Source: a virus. From it: a stretch of 42,495 bases of DNA. A program made the translations under genes and the position numbers. The notes below the pieces were generated by a model. The model saw nothing but the letters and a program-made list of their open reading frames with translations. It ran no database searches and was not told where the DNA came from. Position 1 is the stretch's first letter; every line of letters starts with the position of its first letter. Shown here piece after piece: positions 41,048 to 42,495 of this stretch. Location of the stretch: the IMG/VR virus record IMGVR_UViG_3300045988_027069, one strand, 5' to 3'.

Positions 41048-41350
41048 TTAAAACTTCCTCTTCTCGAACGCGCGGTTTTTCAGGATATCAAGGATTTCCG
41101 ACTGTGCATCCTCTCCCGCCGCGTGGAAGCTCTTCACCACGAAGGCGTCCACGCTGTTCATGCCCCACGCGACCACGCTGTTCTCCGGCGGCTCCGCATG
41201 CTCCGGCATCCCGATTTCATGCAAAATCTTGATGCAGCGTTCCGCATTGCCGCGCGCCTCCGCGTACTCAGCCGCACCGCTGTCCTCGTCAAAAAGCACC
41301 CCAATCTCTTCCAGCAGCGCACGAAGCGTCGCCCGTTTCAGTTTTTCCAT
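41048..41350 (-). CDS. Hypothetical protein (100 aa)
   Basis: SD GGAAGGAGGTG lies 6 nt before the ATG. Confidence 0.6.
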   Translation of the reverse strand: MEKLKRATLRALLEEIGVLFDEDSGAAEYAEARGNAERCIKILHEIGMPEHAEPPENSVVAWGMNSVDAFVVKSFHAAGEDAQSEILDILKNRAFEKRKF

Positions 41351-41353
41351 GTC

Positions 41354-41620
41354 TTACACCTCCTTCCGTCCCGCCTGCATCAGCTTTGCCGCCGTTGCCA
41401 TACCCTGCATATATGTGATCATGACCTCGATCTGCTGCGGATTCATATGCTTCATCTCGTGCAGCACGCCGTCGATCTTCTTCTTCTGTTCCTCGGACAT
41501 CTCTTCACCTTCTTCCTTGACACTTCCTGTTCCTGCCTGTAAAATTGAGTCACCCGGGCAGCTCGGGGATCCTTCACGGAAAGGGGGGTGTTGCCTTATG
41601 GAGACTCTGATTTCTTCCAT
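41354..41620 (-). CDS. Hypothetical protein (88 aa)
   Basis: SD GAGGGAGG lies 4-5 nt before ATG 41620. An alternative internal start MSEEQKKK also has an SD. The track ORF extends to 41884 without support. Confidence 0.5.
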   Translation of the reverse strand: MEEIRVSIRQHPPFREGSPSCPGDSILQAGTGSVKEEGEEMSEEQKKKIDGVLHEMKHMNPQQIEVMITYMQGMATAAKLMQAGRKEV

Positions 41621-41900
41621 AATGCCTCCCTCGATCTGTGTGCGCCGTAAGCTTCTCACAGTCGCCGCCAAGCCATAGCGCCATGGCGGCCGGGTCGCTC
41701 CGTAAGTGAGAGGGTCGGACAAAGCAGCCGTCGCCTCGGCTGGCTGCCGTCGTGGTCGCCCCACGTTAAAAACGCGGAAAACGGCATCCTTTGTCCGGTG
41801 CGCACAAACTGGCAGAGGTGGCGCGTTCGCAGGCGAGCGCTCACGCCATCTCGCCGCCCCCGGGTTACTCAATTTTGCAGGCAAGAAGGAGGTGAGATAA

Positions 41901-42140
41901 ATGGATCAATCTTTTTCCCTCAATGAGCTTGAATTCTTGTACTCCATCACACATCAGTGCATTTTCCTCAATAACCATCAGCTCGACAACGACGCCTCCA
42001 TTACTGCGGATACCAGAAACAGCATCGTTGACGAGATCAAAGTCGCCATGAAGTGCTTGCGTAAACTCCGATCCGCTATTTCGGATGCTTCCCCGGATAC
42101 TCTCAAAGTTCTGGATGCCGCGCTTCCGCCTCTCCGCTAA
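41901..42140 (+). CDS. Hypothetical protein (79 aa), AT-rich, antisense to the early operon
   Basis: Very strong SD AAGAAGGAGGTGA lies 6 nt before the ATG. It has its own downstream terminator. Confidence 0.65.
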   Translation: MDQSFSLNELEFLYSITHQCIFLNNHQLDNDASITADTRNSIVDEIKVAMKCLRKLRSAISDASPDTLKVLDAALPPLR

Positions 42141-42312
42141 AGTGCAAGGTCACATTTCCCGCGCCGTCCTGCTCCGGCAGTTCGGCGCTTTTTAATGCCT
42201 GCCTGTACTTTCCTCGGATTTCCGTTTCCTGCTGCCATCTCGTTCTTCGTTCCAGACTTCGCTTTGCGAAAGCTGCTATTCTTTTTTCAGTTTTCAGTGT
42301 CTTTTCATCCAT
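42103..42312 (-). CDS. Basic helical hypothetical protein (69 aa)
   Basis: SD GGGGGTGA lies 5 nt before ATG 42312. Its 3' third overlaps the convergent gene and its terminator, so the true C-terminus and its expression are uncertain. Confidence 0.45.
   Translation of the reverse strand: MDEKTLKTEKRIAAFAKRSLERRTRWQQETEIRGKYRQALKSAELPEQDGAGNVTLHFSGEAEARHPEL
42161..42194 (+). terminator. Rho-independent terminator of the 41901..42140 gene
   Basis: GCGCCGtcCTGC-tccg-GCAGttCGGCGC followed by TTTTTAAT. Confidence 0.7.
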
Positions 42313-42325
42313 GCTTCTCACCCCC

Positions 42326-42354
42326 TTGACGCCTCCTGCCGCACCTGCTATCCT
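42326..42354 (+). promoter_or_regulatory. Candidate promoter for the wrap-around + strand gene
   Basis: TTGACG (42326-42331), 17 nt, TATCCT (42349-42354). SD GGGAGGTG and ATG 42384 follow. Confidence 0.5.
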
Positions 42355-42383
42355 GAACTTGGAAGCGATGCGCGGGAGGTGTC

Positions 42384-42495
42384 ATGACATTTTTGAATGA
42401 TTTGGAGCTGGAACTGCAAGCCTCCGGCTCCATCGACAAGACCGTAACGGTCTATTGCCACAAATACAAGCGTAAAGAAACCGTCTTTTTTGTCC
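42384..42495 (+). CDS. 5' part of the wrap-around small CDS (continues at base 100 of the window, ends at 251)
   Basis: ATG 42384 follows GGGAGGTG and is in frame with ORF 6..251 through the 99-bp overlap. Confidence 0.6.
   Translation, partial: MTFLNDLELELQASGSIDKTVTVYCHKYKRKETVFFV
42397..42495. repeat. Terminal overlap copy 2 (identical to 1-99)
   Basis: Direct comparison of both ends. Confidence 0.95.

Larger units (their letters stand above)
1..42495. mobile_element. Complete temperate tailed-phage genome (unique length 42,396 bp), linearised with a 99-bp overlap
   Basis: Integrase, attP, repressor, terminase, portal, capsid, tail, lysis and methyltransferase genes are all present. The two ends are identical over 99 bp. 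Confidence 0.9.

Noticed and set aside
1-42495. Looked for a reverse transcriptase/DGR template-variable repeat pair, a retron, CRISPR-Cas, complete tRNAs, transposases and recognisable multi-gene defence systems
   Set aside because: No RT motifs (YxDD context), no long imperfect repeat pair near the fibre genes, and no transposase or Cas-like ORFs were seen. The only candidate defence-like unit is the small TA-like operon reported above.

Overview
The window is a complete, linearised genome of a temperate tailed phage. Its unique length is 42,396 bp, and bases 1-99 are repeated exactly at 42397-42495. By eye the GC content is about 60%, broken by several AT-rich islands. Family-level motifs (dockerin, cysteine-rich KTR, XhlA-like lysis protein, YHYH protein) suggest a Clostridia host, possibly Oscillospiraceae or Ruminococcaceae; that is inference only.

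Layout:
- Lysogeny side, + strand: an XRE repressor (771-1157), two membrane/secreted morons, a membrane-anchored HTH protein and a tyrosine integrase (3041-4081). An attP region follows whose core is the 3' end of a tRNA (4128-4153).
- Almost everything else is on the - strand, read from about 700 leftwards across the junction and down to 4306:
  - Early genes: small hypotheticals, a C5 and an NPPF-type DNA methyltransferase, DUF1064, and a HUH Rep-like protein.
  - After a terminator: TerS, TerL, portal, scaffold, an N4-gp56-like capsid protein, tail and internal proteins including a 2,626-aa giant, and collagen-like fibres.
  - Then a stand-alone dockerin, a four-gene lysis cassette, and an accessory island (sigma-r4-like protein, toxin-antitoxin-like operon, candidate sRNA/leader, three hypotheticals).

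Most notable observations:
1. TerL is fractured. N-extein+IntN, a free-standing HNH gene and IntC+C-extein are three separate translation units, which is a split-intein arrangement.
2. The C5-methyltransferase gene has an approximately 400-nt internal segment whose conserved motifs and codon usage lie in a different frame from the uninterrupted ORF.
3. A 91-aa dockerin protein lies between the fibre and lysis genes.

All family calls come from motif recognition by eye. No searches were run.
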